Assembly (NCBI GenBank): GCA_963844305.1
Contig: CAWJNT010000004.1
Location: forward strand, 2,956-66,955
Direction of reading: 5' to 3'
Origin: an uncultured Actinomycetota bacterium
Lineage (GTDB): Bacteria > Actinomycetota > Actinomycetes > Propionibacteriales > Nocardioidaceae
Length of the DNA: 64,000 nucleotides
The translations under genes and the position numbers were made by a program. The notes under the pieces were generated by a model, which made no database searches, was not told where the DNA came from, and was given only the letters and a program-made list of their open reading frames with translations. This document shows positions 62,385-64,000 of this stretch, piece after piece (positions within the stretch are counted from its first letter, which is position 1; every line of letters begins with the position of its first letter).

Positions 62385-62876
62385 CTAGCCGGCCCGGCCG
62401 ACCCGGTCCACGATCGCCTCGGTGATCCGGACCAGGTCGGCCGGGCTGATTTCCAGCTCGAGTCCACGCCGCCCGGCGCTCACGAACACCGTCGCGTGGT
62501 CGAGCGCCGAACCGTCGACCACGGTGCGATGCCGGCGCTTCTGACCGATCGGCGAGATCCCGCCGGCGACGTACCCTGTCGCACGCTCGGCGGCCGCCTG
62601 GTCCGCCATGCTCGCGCGACTGCCGCCGAGCGAGCGCGCCAGCGCCTTCAGGTCCAGCTGCCCCGACACCGGGACCACCGCCACCGTGAGACTGCCGTCC
62701 ACGGAGGCCATCAGCGTCTTGAACACCCGCGCGGCGTCGAGACCCAACGCCTCGGCGGCTTCCAGCCCGTACGACGAACTCCGAGGGTCGTGGGTGTACT
62801 CGTGGAGCACGAACGGCGTCCCGGCACGGGTCAGCGCCACGGTGGCCGGGGTCCCGCCGGCCTTCTTCTTCGCCAT
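62385..62876 (-). CDS. ybaK: Cys-tRNA(Pro) deacylase
   Basis: GTPAT, YGLEAAEAL, VFKTL, TGYVAGGISPIGQK, SAGRRGLELE. Confidence 0.92.
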   Translation of the reverse strand: MAKKKAGGTPATVALTRAGTPFVLHEYTHDPRSSSYGLEAAEALGLDAARVFKTLMASVDGSLTVAVVPVSGQLDLKALARSLGGSRASMADQAAAERATGYVAGGISPIGQKRRHRTVVDGSALDHATVFVSAGRRGLELEISPADLVRITEAIVDRVGRAG

Positions 62877-62900
62877 GCCTCTGTCGTCCGGTCAGGTCGG

Positions 62901-63566
62901 TCAGTTCGGGGACCAGCGGGTGCGCGCCACCTCGGTCGCGGGCAGCGACGGGATCACGTTCATCGCGCGCAGCTCGGTGCGCAGCAGGTCGGTCACCATG
63001 ACCAGCCGCAGCGAGGCGTCCTCGGCCTCGAGCAGGGCCTGCCGCTCGTGCAGCGGCAACGGTGCGACGGCCGCGAGCGTCCAGGACAGGTACGTCGGGT
63101 CCTGCGGCAGGTCGCCCGGATAGGGGTCGGCGCGCACCGTGCCGAGCGCCACGCGGTACGCCGCGAACGTCGCGCGTGCCCGCTCGACGATCTCCTCCGG
63201 GACCGGAGCCGGCTGCTCGGGACTGTCCACCACGTGCCCGACGGGGAACGCGCCGCTGGTGTCCAGCCGCTCGAGCACGATCCGGTCCATCCCGACCGCG
63301 ACGATGTCGAACGTGCCGTCGGGGTGCGACTCCACCTCGGTCAGCTTGACCCGGCAGCCCACCCGGAACAGGGACTGGGCGCCGTGGTCGCCCACCTCGT
63401 ACCCCTCACGGATCCCGACCGAGCCGAACACCCGATCCGTCGGGTCCGGCACCCGCAGCAGGTGGTGCACCAGCGCCCGGTAGCGGTCCTCGAACACCTT
63501 GAGCGGCACGCTGACGCCGGGGAACAGGACCGCGTTCAGCGGGAACATCGGCAGCGAGTCGCTCAC
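62901..63566 (-). CDS. Stand-alone Lon N-terminal (substrate-binding) domain protein
   Basis: LPMFPLNAVLFPG..LKVFEDRYRALV; no AAA or protease domain; TAGAGT -10 lies 7 nt before the GTG. Confidence 0.85.
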   Translation of the reverse strand: MSDSLPMFPLNAVLFPGVSVPLKVFEDRYRALVHHLLRVPDPTDRVFGSVGIREGYEVGDHGAQSLFRVGCRVKLTEVESHPDGTFDIVAVGMDRIVLERLDTSGAFPVGHVVDSPEQPAPVPEEIVERARATFAAYRVALGTVRADPYPGDLPQDPTYLSWTLAAVAPLPLHERQALLEAEDASLRLVMVTDLLRTELRAMNVIPSLPATEVARTRWSPN

Positions 63567-63652
63567 ACCGGCGACTCTAGACCGCCCGCCGGACGTCCCA
63601 CGGCAGACGGCGCCGCCGGAGCGCGACCGGTCGCCAAACTAGAATCGGGCCC

Positions 63653-64000
63653 ATGATCAGGCGGATCGACCTGCGCGGACCGGCCGCGCCCGACGACTAC
63701 CGCGCCGCCCTGCCGCGCGCGGACTTCGACGTCGAGGCAGCCACCCATGTCGTCCGCCCGATCTGCGACGCCGTCCGCGACCGGGGCGTCGAGGCGATCA
63801 CCGAGTTCTCGCGGAAGTTCGACGGGGTCGAGCAGTCCGACATCGTCGTGCCCCAGCAGGCCATCGAGGACGCCCTGACCGCACTCGACCCCGACGTGCG
63901 TTCGGCCCTCGAGGAGTCGATCCGCAGGCTGCGGGCCACCTGCCGGGCCGAGCTCGAGCAGGACGTCGTCACCGACGTCGCGCCGGGCGCCACCGTGACC
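63653..64000 (+). CDS. hisD: Histidinol dehydrogenase, N-terminal part (runs off the window)
   Basis: MIRRIDLRG..LPRADFDVEAA..VRPICDAVRDRGVEAITEFSRKFDGV; TAGAAT -10 at 63640-63645, 7 nt before the ATG. Confidence 0.9.
   Translation, partial: MIRRIDLRGPAAPDDYRAALPRADFDVEAATHVVRPICDAVRDRGVEAITEFSRKFDGVEQSDIVVPQQAIEDALTALDPDVRSALEESIRRLRATCRAELEQDVVTDVAPGATVT

Overview
This window is a composite of two genomes. Bases 1 to ~9000 have visibly lower G+C (34/60 at 4501-4560 versus 52/60 at 21001-21060) and many single-base indels. Their gene content and style suggest Chloroflexota, probably Thermomicrobia-like: ggt end, Mrp ATPase, lipoprotein, PIG-V-like mannosyltransferase, SDR, pimA-like GT4 with pgsA, ComEC-like MBL with DUF3006, class A serine hydrolase and tpx. 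At ~8990-9010 the tpx 3' end is joined to a truncated PknL-like kinase, and the rest is a high-GC Nocardioides-like actinobacterial chromosome. That part carries Rv2175c-like, barstar, polyprenyl synthase, metF, SIMPL, CrtI-like, ATP-grasp, ArsC-like and YbaK/EbsC genes, a DNA-damage cassette, a MoxR/DUF58/transglutaminase triad, the dcw cluster (mraZ to ftsZ, pgeF, yggS, sepF, yggT, divIVA), a DksA/TraR protein with a histone-like tail, lspA, rluD-like, GNAT, DUF222-HNH, dnaE1, DUF3352-like, ybaK, Lon-N and the start of hisD. The best candidate for an under-described system is the cassette at 18355-26665. It has perfect LexA boxes and encodes a stand-alone protein resembling the ImuB C-terminal domain (DUF6504-like), a SAV_6107-type HEPN protein, a DnaE2 that has lost its PHP metal ligands, a SAM methyltransferase and a catalytically intact DinB, with no imuA or imuB in the window. 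This suggests a split, ImuAB-independent mutasome (inference). A third perfect LexA box overlaps the start of the DUF222-HNH gene. Other notable signals: a perfect 44-bp palindrome carrying the dnaE2 SOS box, a REP-like hairpin inserted in frame inside dnaE2, an mraW RNA motif, two oppositely oriented MraZ-box arrays, two ~56-aa membrane ORFs below the ORF-track cutoff, and many leaderless promoters. Family names come from motif recognition, not database searches. Most frameshifts are probably sequencing or assembly errors.
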